From PVC group bacterium (lineage in GTDB: Bacteria; Auribacterota; Erginobacteria; Erginobacterales; Erginobacteraceae), in NCBI GenBank assembly GCA_043804695.1, contig JAZDIV010000060.1:1-33487 (forward strand): 33,487 nucleotides of DNA, given 5' to 3'. The translations under genes were made by a program, and so were the position numbers. Position 1 is the stretch's first letter. Every line of letters begins with the position of its first letter. This document shows positions 8,797 to 20,400 of this stretch, piece after piece. Below the pieces are notes generated by a model. That model ran no database searches. It worked only from the letters and a program-made list of their open reading frames with translations, and was not told the DNA's origin.

Positions 8797-11406
8797 TTAA
8801 AAATATACATACTCTATTCGCTCGTGCGGAGAAAACTGTTTAATCAGGAACCAGCTCTCCGGGGAACCGGAGATGAAACGGGCCGTAATCGTAAGGGGCC
8901 GGCCGGGTTCCACCGCTTCCGGCGGCACGCTGAGCGTGTAGATGCCGCTATAGGATTCCCGGTATTTCTTCGAGCTGAAGATCTCTTCTTTGAAGTCGAA
9001 GGTCAGCGCATACCCCCTTTCCTCCCACCGGCGATCACCGCCGGTCCCGGTGGAGAAGGTCAGCGCCTCCCGGCCGTTCACGGAGAGGAGAATCAGGCCG
9101 GGTTCCCGGCTGACATTGCCGATAAAATCGCAGAAGGTCCTCTTCCGGGCGCCGCAGCGGCCGGTCTCCCAGGTCATCTCAGGCGGGGATGAAGACGCTC
9201 TCATCAGGTACCCGGGGGTGGTCTTGCTCTCGGGGGTAAGGAAGTCCCGGTAATACTTTTTTTTATACTCCGGGGCCTGGACCACGGTATCCACCCCCCT
9301 CACGTAGGCACCGGGACCGATCTCCCGGAACCGGGCGAGAACCGGGCCCGGTACTTTCGAGAGCCGGAGCCGGATCCGGTACCGGCCCGTCTGCAGGCCG
9401 CGGGCGGGGGCGAGGTCGGCATCTTCCTGCCCCCCCATCGTACTCCGTACTTCTCCCGCTTCCAGCGGGGTCCTCCGCTCCAGTCGCCTATCCCAGTCAA
9501 CGATCCATTTATAGCACGAGGTAAGAAAGTCCGGATCCGAGGAGAGCGGTAGAGCGGGACCCTCGAAAAAGTTTTCATTGCCCTCCAGATAATAATCCCC
9601 CCCGACTTCCACGTACCCATCCAAGCCTTTTGAGCTCCGGTCCGCCCATATCGTCAGGGACAAGCGGTTATCCCTCAGTAGGGAAGTATCGAGGGGAATC
9701 TCCAGCCACCTCCTGATCGTCCCCGGATCCATCTTCTTCAGCGAACACACCTTGCGGTATAACCATCCCATGTCGTCCGGTTGCGGGACTTCCAGTACTC
9801 TGCCGGGGGCGGCGACACAAAGTTCGGCTCCACCCGGACCTTCCCTGACATCAAGCAGGAGGGTCGGATTGAAGTAACGGTCGGGATTGAAATCATCGGG
9901 AAATATGAAATCCAGCCCGATCGCTTTCTCCGGGCCGCTCAGGCGAGCGGTCCAACGGTGCCACTGCCGGTTGGTCAAGGCGGAGAAGTTGATAATAAGC
10001 GCGCCGGACACGAGGAGAAATACTATCGTGAGTAGGGCGGTTTTTTTCCCCGCGCTCACGCTGAAAAGCGAATATAGGAACCAGAGCGCTCCCAGAAGCC
10101 AGAGGTTGAGGACGGCCAGCCGAACCAGGCGGGCGGCGGACGGACCGGGCATCCCCGGAATGCCGACCAGAACGGGGAGAGTGAAGATTAAAGCTCCGGC
10201 CGAGAGGAGAACTAGGGCGATAATGGGCGGCAGGCAGCGCCGCCGGCCGGCGATGAGCCCCGCCAGCATACGATCGAGAGCGACGGCGGCCAGGAGTATG
10301 GCGAAAGGCATCGCGGGGATGTTGTAGCGGGTCTCGGCATGGAAGATGGAGGTGAGGACGGTGATGTAGAGTGGGGGGACGAGCAGGATCAGGGCCTTTC
10401 TTCCGGTACGGAGCAGGAGAGGGATCCCGATCAGGGCGCAGAGAACCAGGGCGCGCTGCAGCAGGACAAGGTGGTGATCCGTGAGAATGAGTGAAGGCCA
10501 GTAGATGTTGAAGGGATAGGCCCAGAAACGGCCGGCGTTCATCAGAAAAGCCTTCAGGCAGGCCCCCGAGAACACGAGCGAAAGTACGCCGGAGGTGATC
10601 GGAGGGGTGGAAGGCGGCGCGTCGGGGACCCACCCATCCGTCTCCAGGTAATTGATAACGGAACTCCGGGTAAAATGCCCCACCCGCGCGTGCTCCCGGG
10701 GCGCTTCTTTCGGTGAGATGAGAGCGATCACCAGGTACCAGGTGAGCGCTATCACCAGCATCCCTCCGGCGAACGCCAGGACCGGCCGCCAGCGTTTTTC
10801 CCGGGACCAGACAGCGGCGGCGATCGAGAGGAGAAGGCAGGGGGGCAGGAGCAGCATCGCCTCGCGGCAGAGCATCAGAAACCCGGAAACGATGCCTGCC
10901 GCAACGAACAGCCGGACCGACTTTTTATCAAGCGCCCTGACGATTAGAAAGACGGTCAGAACCAGAAAAAAGACGGTCAGGGTCTCCTGAAGCACGAAGG
11001 AAGCTGAAAAAATGAAGGGAGTGTAGAGAGCCGCCATCAACCCGGCCAGGAGGCCCGCTCTCCGGGTGGCCAATGACCGGCCGAGCAAGAACAGGAGGGA
11101 GCAGCTCCCCGCGTCCAGGAGGGCCTGGATGACCAGCACGGCGGCCAGGTTCTCCCCCCAGATCCTGATAACGGCGGCGATAAAGAGCGGGTAGACCGGC
11201 CCTTTCCTGACATTTTCCAGGAGAGTAATTTTAAGGCTCTCCCAGGTGACCGGGGCAGACGCCGCTTCCTCACCCCGATTCCAGTAGGATAGAGAATCCC
11301 CGCACCAGAGCACACGGGGAAAAGAAAAAACAAACGCCAGCCGGAGAGAAAGGGCGATAGCGAAGATGATCAGGACTGCCAGGTAGACGGATCGCCAACT
11401 CTTCAT
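8797..11406 (-). CDS. GT-C (GT39/ArnT-like) glycosyltransferase with a large C-terminal extracytoplasmic region
   Basis: ALSLRLAF, GDSLSY, KGPVYPLFIA, LQETL, ETRYNIP; multi-TM N-terminal half. Confidence 0.85.
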   Translation of the reverse strand: MKSWRSVYLAVLIIFAIALSLRLAFVFSFPRVLWCGDSLSYWNRGEEAASAPVTWESLKITLLENVRKGPVYPLFIAAVIRIWGENLAAVLVIQALLDAGSCSLLFLLGRSLATRRAGLLAGLMAALYTPFIFSASFVLQETLTVFFLVLTVFLIVRALDKKSVRLFVAAGIVSGFLMLCREAMLLLPPCLLLSIAAAVWSREKRWRPVLAFAGGMLVIALTWYLVIALISPKEAPREHARVGHFTRSSVINYLETDGWVPDAPPSTPPITSGVLSLVFSGACLKAFLMNAGRFWAYPFNIYWPSLILTDHHLVLLQRALVLCALIGIPLLLRTGRKALILLVPPLYITVLTSIFHAETRYNIPAMPFAILLAAVALDRMLAGLIAGRRRCLPPIIALVLLSAGALIFTLPVLVGIPGMPGPSAARLVRLAVLNLWLLGALWFLYSLFSVSAGKKTALLTIVFLLVSGALIINFSALTNRQWHRWTARLSGPEKAIGLDFIFPDDFNPDRYFNPTLLLDVREGPGGAELCVAAPGRVLEVPQPDDMGWLYRKVCSLKKMDPGTIRRWLEIPLDTSLLRDNRLSLTIWADRSSKGLDGYVEVGGDYYLEGNENFFEGPALPLSSDPDFLTSCYKWIVDWDRRLERRTPLEAGEVRSTMGGQEDADLAPARGLQTGRYRIRLRLSKVPGPVLARFREIGPGAYVRGVDTVVQAPEYKKKYYRDFLTPESKTTPGYLMRASSSPPEMTWETGRCGARKRTFCDFIGNVSREPGLILLSVNGREALTFSTGTGGDRRWEERGYALTFDFKEEIFSSKKYRESYSGIYTLSVPPEAVEPGRPLTITARFISGSPESWFLIKQFSPHERIEYVYF

Positions 11407-11469
11407 TCTTCAGGCTCGTCCGGCGCCGGCTCCGGTCACCGGCGCTTCGTGTTTCCGGTGTGCATCCCG

Positions 11470-14022
11470 CTACTGCTCCCCGGCCGCCGGATCAAGCTCC
11501 GCCGTGCTGCCGGTGATCTTCTCCATCTCCCAAAAAACGCTTTTAAAGGAGAGAAGACCGGGTTGGATGGTCCAAGCCGGGCCGCGGTCGGTTGAAATCC
11601 TGCACAGGGCACGGATCGTCAAATCGGCGGTTGAAGGTCCCTCTAAACCTGCCGGGATCGGGATTTCAACAGTCTGCCAGCCCCCGCAAGCTTCGATGAT
11701 CCTCTCCCCCAGGGAGTGTTCATTAAGCATCAACCGGAGTTTCACCGGCCCGGCTTCGTCCAGGTTGTTTTTGACGACAATCTTCAAAACCGGCTGATAG
11801 CCCGCTACATAATACAGCGGTATTCTGAGCCGGCCCTTCCCCTCGAAGCTCCTCGATTTCCCGGACCGGGAGCCGTCCGTGAACCCCTGTCTCAGGAATA
11901 AATAGTCCGGGACCTCCCTCCTTTTGCCCAGCTCTATGCAGTACCCGGGAACGGCGGGGACCACCCGAACCAGGATATCGCGGGGGAGAGGCACATCGGA
12001 TACGATTCGCAATGATGTTTCCGGGGAGGTAACCAGCCGGACGGGCAGAAAGATGAAATTTATTCCGGGGAGAAGGGGACTCATCATCTCCACTCCGTTC
12101 GCGAACAACCGGACGGCGCTTTTGTTTCCTTCGGGGAGAACCAGGTTCTTCAGGTCCAGCAGAACCAGGTAGTGTATTTTTTCCGGGGTTGATACTGCCA
12201 GCTCGACCGGTTCGTTCGCCCAGGGTCGGATACGGCAAAGAGTGAGCCATTCATTTTGAGAGAAATTCTTACGATCCAGTCCCAGATCGGCTGATCGCCA
12301 GCTCTTGACTTTCTCCAGATCAAAATTCCGCTCGATATCGAGAAGAAAATCAGAGGTCGTTTTAAGCCCTTTATTATCAAAGGTAAAAAGAGGTATCCCG
12401 GCATCGATCACCCGCTGGTTGACCTCCCGCAGACTGAGCGAAAAAACCCCGCAAAGAGGCATGGGGTCAAGACTCCAGGCATGGGTATAAACATCGACAT
12501 TCTGCACCAGAAAGCGAGCCCCCCAGATGATACTTCCGGGAGGGACGACCTCCTCGATTTCATCACGAAGGCGTTCAATGATATCCGAGCCGGATTCCTT
12601 TTGACGAAGCGTTTCCAGGGTTAACTGAGCGACCAGGGAGAGACCGAGCAGGCCCATCAAAACCCACCATCGGGCTCCGGCAGGAAATATCTTCCTCCGG
12701 AAAGGGGCCGGCAGGATCAAAGGCAGACCGATAATGACAGCGGTAATGATCCTCCAGTCGAAGAATGGTTCCTCTCCCCATGAGACCAGCACCCCGGCCG
12801 CCAGGCAGAGTATCAGGACCGGGCGAATCAAAAAAAGTTTACGAGCACCGCCACCGGGTTGCGATCTCCGGCTTTCCGGCAGGGAGAGAAGGACGCTCAC
12901 CCCTATGCTGCCAAGCACAGTTATAAAAGGAAACAGCGGTATAAGATAACGATGAAAATCCTCCTCAAACATGCTGTAGAATAAAAGGTGCGCAGCCGGG
13001 GTCAGGAAAAGGATGAGCCAGAGTTCAGACCGGCGTCTCATGACAATCAGTCCGGCCGCGCAGAGAAGCAACCCTGTTATGGAGTATGTCTCCCAGAGGA
13101 ATCCCAGGTTTGAGGGGAGATGACGGAGGAAGAAGTCGAGTGAGAAAAAGGTCTTACCGGTTCCGGAAAAGAATGCGGAAAATGATTGCCCGGCCTGGGA
13201 AAAGGGGGTGAAGGGGTTCCGGTTCAGACTCCAGTTCTCCAGCAGGATCGGGGAGAAAGCCAGCACAAAGACAACCAGCCCCGCCGCCAAAATCACGGCA
13301 GCCTGTCTTAAGCTTTTTATTCTTCTTCCGAAGCAAAGGAGGGCGTACAGGCCCAGGGGGAGGCAGTAAATAGCATTGGTGAGCCTGATGGTGGCCGAGA
13401 AGCCCAGAATCAGAACCGAAAAGGAAATTAGCGTCACTGCTCCGGCCAAACCGGCCCGGCGGGCGCGGAGAAGAAGAAATAATCCCAGCCAGAAGAAGGT
13501 GATCGCGGAGAGATCCCGCATGATGACAAGCGAATAGCGAAGAAATATCATATTATCGACGGATAAAATCAGGACCGCGGCCAGCAGGGCGATCCGGTCC
13601 CGGCAGGGATCCTGCCAGAGGAATTCCCGGACGGCGAGAAAGTAAACAAGCACAAAAAGAAAAAGAATGAAGACATTGACATGAAGGGCGCCGGGCAACC
13701 CTCCGATCCGCATCCCCAGGCTGATCAGAAAAGGGAAACCGATGGGGAGCCCAGAATAAATCAGGCCGTCCCGGTAATTTCGGGTGCCGTAATGCAGGTT
13801 AATCCCTTCTCCGGGGCGGACCCGGTCAGCGAAGAGCCGGTACGGATCGTATCTCTGATACATACTTCCTTCCGCCAGGGCCTTTCCGAACGTGAGATAC
13901 GCGTACTCATCGGAATTGAGGAGGCAATTGCTGTTTTTGAACCCGTAAAAAAGACAGATGACCACCAGCAACACCAACAACGACCAGCAGATCCACTTTC
14001 CAGTTGTCACTCTTTCTTTCAT
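11470..14022 (-). CDS. GT-C glycosyltransferase paralog A (850 aa)
   Basis: SDEYAY, PIGFPFL, MRDL, IRLTN, HRYLIP; TM-rich N-half and beta-rich C-half. Confidence 0.82.
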   Translation of the reverse strand: MKERVTTGKWICWSLLVLLVVICLFYGFKNSNCLLNSDEYAYLTFGKALAEGSMYQRYDPYRLFADRVRPGEGINLHYGTRNYRDGLIYSGLPIGFPFLISLGMRIGGLPGALHVNVFILFLFVLVYFLAVREFLWQDPCRDRIALLAAVLILSVDNMIFLRYSLVIMRDLSAITFFWLGLFLLLRARRAGLAGAVTLISFSVLILGFSATIRLTNAIYCLPLGLYALLCFGRRIKSLRQAAVILAAGLVVFVLAFSPILLENWSLNRNPFTPFSQAGQSFSAFFSGTGKTFFSLDFFLRHLPSNLGFLWETYSITGLLLCAAGLIVMRRRSELWLILFLTPAAHLLFYSMFEEDFHRYLIPLFPFITVLGSIGVSVLLSLPESRRSQPGGGARKLFLIRPVLILCLAAGVLVSWGEEPFFDWRIITAVIIGLPLILPAPFRRKIFPAGARWWVLMGLLGLSLVAQLTLETLRQKESGSDIIERLRDEIEEVVPPGSIIWGARFLVQNVDVYTHAWSLDPMPLCGVFSLSLREVNQRVIDAGIPLFTFDNKGLKTTSDFLLDIERNFDLEKVKSWRSADLGLDRKNFSQNEWLTLCRIRPWANEPVELAVSTPEKIHYLVLLDLKNLVLPEGNKSAVRLFANGVEMMSPLLPGINFIFLPVRLVTSPETSLRIVSDVPLPRDILVRVVPAVPGYCIELGKRREVPDYLFLRQGFTDGSRSGKSRSFEGKGRLRIPLYYVAGYQPVLKIVVKNNLDEAGPVKLRLMLNEHSLGERIIEACGGWQTVEIPIPAGLEGPSTADLTIRALCRISTDRGPAWTIQPGLLSFKSVFWEMEKITGSTAELDPAAGEQ

Positions 14023-14039
14023 GTGGTCAGAGGAAGATT

Positions 14040-17000
14040 TTATGAACGGGGCTGAATTGCTATCTCCACATAATCCAGCATCAGGCCCAGTTCCCTCCTA
14101 TCATCGGTCGGGAGATAATCGCAGGGTCGCCAGGGATCGACCTCAAAGACCAGCGAGGCCACCCCCGTTACCGGGACCTCCGGGGGGAGAGCGATCCGCA
14201 CCCGGTTCTCGCCCGCCTCCAGCGGAAACTCATGCAGCAATGCACCGTCCAGGTACATCCTTACCGTGGCCGGGAGGGCCGCCTCCGGCCGGACACCGAC
14301 GTAGCCTGCCGTCAGTATAAGTTCATCATCCGCCTCTCTGACCAGCGGGAGAAAAATCTCGGCCCGGGGGCCAGTCCAGCAGACCGGGATCTCGTCCAGG
14401 TGCCTCTCGGGGGGGAAGAAGCCCTCGCCCATATAGTCCTCCGATTCCGGCGCCCCGATATCTATCCTAAAAGGATAAACCAGCGGCTCCAGGATACTGA
14501 CATGGAAAAGACCGCCGGAGGCGGGAAGCAGTTTTAATTCACTGATGGGCCGGGCGATCTCTTCCGGGCTTAAGATGTGCCAGACAATGCCGTCATTGAG
14601 GAGACTCCGCAGGCGCCGGCGGTTTAACTCCAGATAGCGCTCATCCCCGGCGCCGAAAAGTTTGACTCCCATCTTCAGAAGATAGGGCTGCTCCCGGGGT
14701 GTCGGGAGGTCGATCTGATCGAACCACCCGGCAATCCGCAGGGAGCTGATCAGGAGCTCCCCGGCTTTTGGTCGGGTCGGACGGATGGTAAGGCATGCGA
14801 TATTCCGGTCGCCGTCGGACACCGGAAGCTCAACACGGGCCGTCTGCCATTCCTGGTTCGAAAGGATCGGCAGGAAACCGACCGGATTATCGTTCAACAA
14901 AACCTCCCATGAATCAGCGCCGGCCTTACCGGAGGGACACTGGAGGCGAAACTCGGCCGTGAAGAGACACTGTGAGAACGCCGGGGTCGGAATTTTGATG
15001 TCACCCCGATGGGTCAGACTCCGCCAGTTAACCTTATAGACATGGGAGTAATAAAAGGCATCAGAGAGAAAAATACGATCCGGAACGGAAGCGGCGGGTC
15101 CGAGCCGTATTACATAGTCCCGTCCCAGCCATTGCAGGTCTACGAAGATATCCTCCGGAAGTCCCTGGTCGGAGGTGAACCGGACCGCCGACCGGGGACA
15201 GGAATGGGCAGCGGCCGAGAGGGGGAAATAGTTGACGAAGTTATCAATCTTTTCGTTCCATTCCTCTCCGGGCAGGAATGCCTCAATCCGGGTCCGGCGC
15301 GGGAGGGAGTCCCGGACCCGGTAAAAGTTCACGGTCAGAAGGTAATCCACGGGGGCCGGTGTCGCCAGGTCGAGGGTGATCTCATTCTCATCCCAGCGCC
15401 GTATCGAGTAGACGGTACAGACCGCCCGCCCGAATTTGCCTTCCAGATGATACCGGTCCCCGGGGAGCCGGAGGAGAGGAGAAACGGTGAAATAATCCTG
15501 AATATACGGAATATAAGCGGCCGCGCTGCGTTTTCCCCGGTTATCGATGATGTAAAGATTGAACCCCTCTCTCATCAGGAGGTCGTAGGCCTCGCCGTAA
15601 TCCGGGATGAACTGCTCCAGGTCCGACGGGCGCAAGGAATGGCTCCCGGTAAAGAGGTCCAGGCTCTGGCTCAGGAACTTGGTAGCGAAAATGATGGAGG
15701 GCGGCTTCAATACGGCACCCAGGTCATTTCGCAGCCGGCGGGCCTCCGATAACTGGAAGAGCTTACCCTTGTAGAAGAGCACCGGTGACGAGGCGAGGAT
15801 GACGGAAGCGAAAAGGGCCAGATTAAAGATGATGAGGCGATGCCGCACGGGACGGCGGACGGTCTGCCGGTACCAGAGGAAGAGAAGCGCCAGGGCGGTG
15901 AGCAGAACAGCGACATACTGAAGCTGGACGTCCCAGTCGAAGCGATGAGGGTAGCGCGGGTTGAGGCAGCGGAAGAGAAAATCCCCCGCCACCAGGCCAA
16001 CGGCCGCGAGTATCCGGAGAGAGACAAGCGACCGGCGCCGGGATGGTCCGGGTTCATCCCCGCACGAGAGAAGCGAGCCGATCGCTCCCATGATGATGAT
16101 GGTCATCAGGGGGTAGAGGGGAATGAGGTACCTCTCCAGAGGACGAACCCACCCGCTGTAAAAGACCAGGAAGGTGACGATCGCCGGAAAGAAGAGGAGG
16201 CGGGTCTCGTCCTTTTTCCACTCCCCGACCAGCCCGGAGAGGAAAAGAAGGACGAAAAGGGGGCCGAAGGTCACCAGAAGGTGGAACATCATCGGCCAGA
16301 TCGCCGCGTGAATGTTACCGATCCCCCATCCGGAGGTCCTTTTCGTCAGGATGTCCCCTATCCTCCGGGCCAGCCGGATCAGTGTGTTCTCCCCGCTCTC
16401 CGGGGCCGATTCGGTCACGGTCTCCACGTGAATCTCGTGGATCTGGGGCGGTTTGAAAATAGATCCGCTGATGGAATGATTCTGATAGAGGGCCGGAGAG
16501 AGTCCGATCCCAATCGAGATGACGGCGGCGAAGAGAGCGATGCCTGTCCTCAACGAGCGCTCCCCCTTCACCAGCCGGACCAGGAAATACAATCCGGCGG
16601 GGAGCACCATTAAAATATTCGGGGTGCGGATCGCGGCGGAGAAACCCAGGAAAAGGCCCGAGACCATGACTCGGCCGATCGCCGGCACTTTCCTCCCCCG
16701 GAAGGAGAGAACCAGGAAATAAATCCCCGCCGTCAGGCAGAAGAGCGAGGCCACGTCCCCATGAGGGGTCACGCTCAACTGCCAGACTTCTTCGATCAGC
16801 AGGAAAAAGAGCAGAGCAGCGCCCAGAGAAAGAGCCCGGCGGTCCGGCCGGCCGGAAAAATAGAGGTTTCCCAGCAGATAGATGATCAGCAGAAGCGCGC
16901 TGTAAATAAAGAAATTAGCGAAAAAGACGCCGGACAGGCCGAAGAGAGCGAGGAAAGCGGCCAGGATCAGGGGATAGCCGATCGCGTACTTGCAGAATAT

Positions 17001-17276
17001 CCGTCCGTCACGCAGGAGGTAACCACCGTAATGGATGGAGTAGAGCTTGCCGGGCTCCGCCCGGTCCTTGACCAGTTCGAAGACCGGGTGATCGAGGAAG
17101 ATGCTCCCGCTCTTCAGCGCCCCGGCAAAACGAATCACCTCGTACTGGTCCGAACCAATCGCCACGTAGTAGCCGAAATATCCCAGGGTCGGGACAAGGA
17201 GGAGAAGTGAGATCAACAAAATCGATGTAACTTTACGTTCCATAGTTGATTTTACTAAACCAGACACGTGTTGCAT
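14040..17276 (-). CDS. GT-C glycosyltransferase paralog B (1078 aa; start may be 17243)
   Basis: GSDQYE, KYAIGYPLIL, HGDV, IRTPN, ERYLIP; C-terminal DRRELG motif. Confidence 0.82.
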   Translation of the reverse strand: MQHVSGLVKSTMERKVTSILLISLLLLVPTLGYFGYYVAIGSDQYEVIRFAGALKSGSIFLDHPVFELVKDRAEPGKLYSIHYGGYLLRDGRIFCKYAIGYPLILAAFLALFGLSGVFFANFFIYSALLLIIYLLGNLYFSGRPDRRALSLGAALLFFLLIEEVWQLSVTPHGDVASLFCLTAGIYFLVLSFRGRKVPAIGRVMVSGLFLGFSAAIRTPNILMVLPAGLYFLVRLVKGERSLRTGIALFAAVISIGIGLSPALYQNHSISGSIFKPPQIHEIHVETVTESAPESGENTLIRLARRIGDILTKRTSGWGIGNIHAAIWPMMFHLLVTFGPLFVLLFLSGLVGEWKKDETRLLFFPAIVTFLVFYSGWVRPLERYLIPLYPLMTIIIMGAIGSLLSCGDEPGPSRRRSLVSLRILAAVGLVAGDFLFRCLNPRYPHRFDWDVQLQYVAVLLTALALLFLWYRQTVRRPVRHRLIIFNLALFASVILASSPVLFYKGKLFQLSEARRLRNDLGAVLKPPSIIFATKFLSQSLDLFTGSHSLRPSDLEQFIPDYGEAYDLLMREGFNLYIIDNRGKRSAAAYIPYIQDYFTVSPLLRLPGDRYHLEGKFGRAVCTVYSIRRWDENEITLDLATPAPVDYLLTVNFYRVRDSLPRRTRIEAFLPGEEWNEKIDNFVNYFPLSAAAHSCPRSAVRFTSDQGLPEDIFVDLQWLGRDYVIRLGPAASVPDRIFLSDAFYYSHVYKVNWRSLTHRGDIKIPTPAFSQCLFTAEFRLQCPSGKAGADSWEVLLNDNPVGFLPILSNQEWQTARVELPVSDGDRNIACLTIRPTRPKAGELLISSLRIAGWFDQIDLPTPREQPYLLKMGVKLFGAGDERYLELNRRRLRSLLNDGIVWHILSPEEIARPISELKLLPASGGLFHVSILEPLVYPFRIDIGAPESEDYMGEGFFPPERHLDEIPVCWTGPRAEIFLPLVREADDELILTAGYVGVRPEAALPATVRMYLDGALLHEFPLEAGENRVRIALPPEVPVTGVASLVFEVDPWRPCDYLPTDDRRELGLMLDYVEIAIQPRS

Positions 17277-17281
17277 CGAGT

Positions 17282-17406
17282 ATATCAGGAGACCAGGGGA
17301 TCAGCAGGAGGGGCATCAGAGGATCAGGGACCAGGTAGGAGGCTGCCCGCGCCTGATAACCTGGTATCCTGATACTCTTCCCACTGGTCCTCTGATTTCC
17401 TGATAT
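17282..17406. repeat. Long imperfect inverted repeat built from ~8-nt ATCAGG/ACCAGG units
   Basis: Left arm atatcaggagaccaggggatcag...; the right arm reverse-complements to atatcaggaaatcagaggaccag... Confidence 0.8.
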
Positions 17407-17465
17407 CCATTTTTAAACGTAGCATCCAGCTTGATTCCCAGGATAATTATGTAAGCTTTCCGATT

Positions 17466-20400
17466 TTAGTGATACTCAATCCGCACCTTGTCCAGTAGAA
17501 CACCCAGTTCACGGCTATCCGTGATCTCGTAATAATGAGAGGGCTGCCAGGCGGGAACCGTCAGTTCCAGAGTTGCCAGACGGGAGGGCCGGTCGGATAC
17601 GGGGATCGAACACCGGTACGTCCCTCCCTCCTCTTCCAGCGGGAACGTCTCCAGTTTCCGGCCGTCGATGGAGACGGACAGTTTACGGGAATCGGCGGGA
17701 ACGGAGGCAGGAGGGCCGGCCAGGATCTCCAGGGAAAGTGCGATCTTTTCTCCCCTCCGGCTGAAGAGCGGGACCTCCAGGGACGCCGTCCCGGCTGTCC
17801 ACCGGGCCAGCTCTTTCCCCTGAAAAAGTTCGGGATCATAGAACCCGTCCTCGATGAATGCCCAGTCCGCCTCTCCCCCCACGTCAATCACAAGATCTTC
17901 GCCGGGGCGCGCCGGAACAGGCCGGGTCCGGAAAAATGCGGGGCGGCCGGCGGCGACCGACTCGACTCTCAATTCGGTGACCGGGACCTGTACCTGGCCG
18001 GGATCAAGGAGCAGCCGCTGGACCCCACCTTTGACATTATCCTTTAAGATCCCGCCGTCAACAAAGATCCGGTACGGACCCCCCTCGCCCGGGGCCCCCG
18101 GCGGGGAGCGGATCTCGAAGGCGGCAAAGCAATCTTCCTTGACCGACGTCTCCAGAAGCACCCGCGTGAGCCATCTTCTCATGCTGACCGCTTTCAGGGC
18201 GAGGGCTCCCCACCAGTCGTCATCGGGATAGGGAACCTGATATCCATCCTTTGGGTAGGCCAACAGCTCCAGCCTGCTCTCGACGGAAGAGACGGCGTCG
18301 TCGGGAACGACGAACCTGACTTCTTCCCATCCGCTCACCCGGGAGAGGTCGAGATCGGCGATCTCTTTTCCGTCCAGACTGATTCTCAGGCCGACCGGGC
18401 GGGGGATTTTTTGACCGTTTCTGAGATCGAGCTGACCGATAATCGAGGTATCGGGGATAACAACCGTGGGGACCAGTATCTCAGCGGGCTTCTCCCAGAG
18501 GATCCGGCGGTAATGCCCATCCTGCCAGTGTAAACGCTCGAACCCACTGATCAGGAAGTAATCGGGTATCAGGGCACGATCCCCGAAAGTGATCGTATAG
18601 GGCGCCCAGACGCTTTGAATCGAAAAATCCATCTGCCGCGGGAGGGGCTGATCGGACCGGATGGCAAATACGGATCGGGGGGAATGAAGAAGGCGGGCGG
18701 GCAGTTCGATATAATTGATACTATCCCGGAGGGCACTGTCCAGACGGGAGCCGTCGAGCAATACCTCAACCCGGGAGCGGTCGCCGTAATCGGCCCAGAT
18801 CGTCCGGGCGTTCAACGTCATCAGGTAATCTTCCCCCTCCTTCAGATCGGTGATGACCGTCTCCACCTCTTTCCGGTTCCATGGTTCTATCCGGTAGAGA
18901 GTACAGACCGGCTGGCCGAACTGGTCGGCCAGGCAGAAGTCATCCCCGCGCAGGGTTCCGACCGGAGTAACATCAAAGTACCTGCGAAGGATGGGTATGT
19001 ATTTACCCCCTTCCCGCCGTCCGCCGCCGGCGTCGAAGAGGAAGAGGGGGACGGAACGATCGAGCATCCGCCGGCAGCCTTCCCGGAGTTCAACCCCCAC
19101 CCGCTCGATATCGAAAACCCGGATACTGTGGCTCCCGCTGAAGAGGGATATGTACTGGGAGACCGGCTTGGTGGCGAAAATTACCGAACCCGGCGGGGCC
19201 AATCGATCGATCGCCTGCCCGAATTGCCTGGCCTGGGGAAGCTGGAAGAGGCAGCGCGTGGAAAACCACCCCGGTCCGAACTTGACCAGAACGAGGGCAA
19301 AGACCGCGCAGGCCAGGATCAGGTAGCGGGAGGGTGTCTTCCAGCCGCTGCTTTCGCGGGCGGCGATCAGCCAGAGACCGACCGTGAAGGCCAGGACGAA
19401 GAAATCAATTACTCCCAGCCCGTACTTTTGACTGAGGTGGAGGCGGAGCAGGACATCCGCCCCGATCAGAACCGGGCCCGACCAGAGCACCCATTTCCGG
19501 GCGCGTGGGTCGAGGACTTTGCCGACCCCCGCGACCGCCAGCAGAATTAAGAACGGCTGGGCGATCGTCATGTAGCGGACCATCAGGTGAACCCACATGC
19601 TGTAGAAGAGGATAAAGATGAGCGGTATCCCCAGGCAGAGATACTTGATCTCCGGAGATTTCCACCCGGAGATCAGCCCCAGTATAATCAGCGCGGTCAA
19701 AGAGACCCCGTAGAGTTTTCCGAAAAATTTCAAGGTGTCGGGACCGGTGGTCGCGAGAAAACCTATCCAGAGAGGAGCGGGGGATTCTACGTCCTTCACT
19801 TTCAACACCGCCCTCTGGGTAATCTCCGGACGGGGGGGATGAAGAGGATGTCCTTCGGTGGTATAGTTCTGGAGAAAGATCGGGACCAGGCCAACGACGA
19901 AAAAGAAACCGGCCAGCACAACGACCGCCACCCGTCTCGACCAGCGCGCGGGCCCCCGGAGTCGGACCAGGAGATACAGCCCGGCCGGCACACCAACCAG
20001 GATATTCGGCAGCCTGGTCGATCCCGAATACCCCAGGCAGAAAGCTCCCAGCACCAGGGAGAACCATCTGACCCCGGGCCACCGGCTGAGGGCCCGCACC
20101 CCCCAGTAAAGCCCGGCGATGAGGGCGGTCAGCGCCAGGAGGTCCCGGGAAGGCTTGATAGTCAGACCCCAGACCTTTTCGATCAGAATGATGAAGAGAA
20201 ACGATCCGAGCAGGGCCAGAAAGATCCCGTGTCTTCTTTGAGTGAAGATCATCTCCGCCAGTTTGAAGTAAAACCAGAGAAAAACTATCAGGACAAAAAT
20301 ATTGGCGAAATAGACCGCGTCATCGCCGAACACCCTGATGACGCCGGCTAAAAATAAGGGAAAGCCGATTTCGTACTTGCAATACATCCGGCCGTTCTTG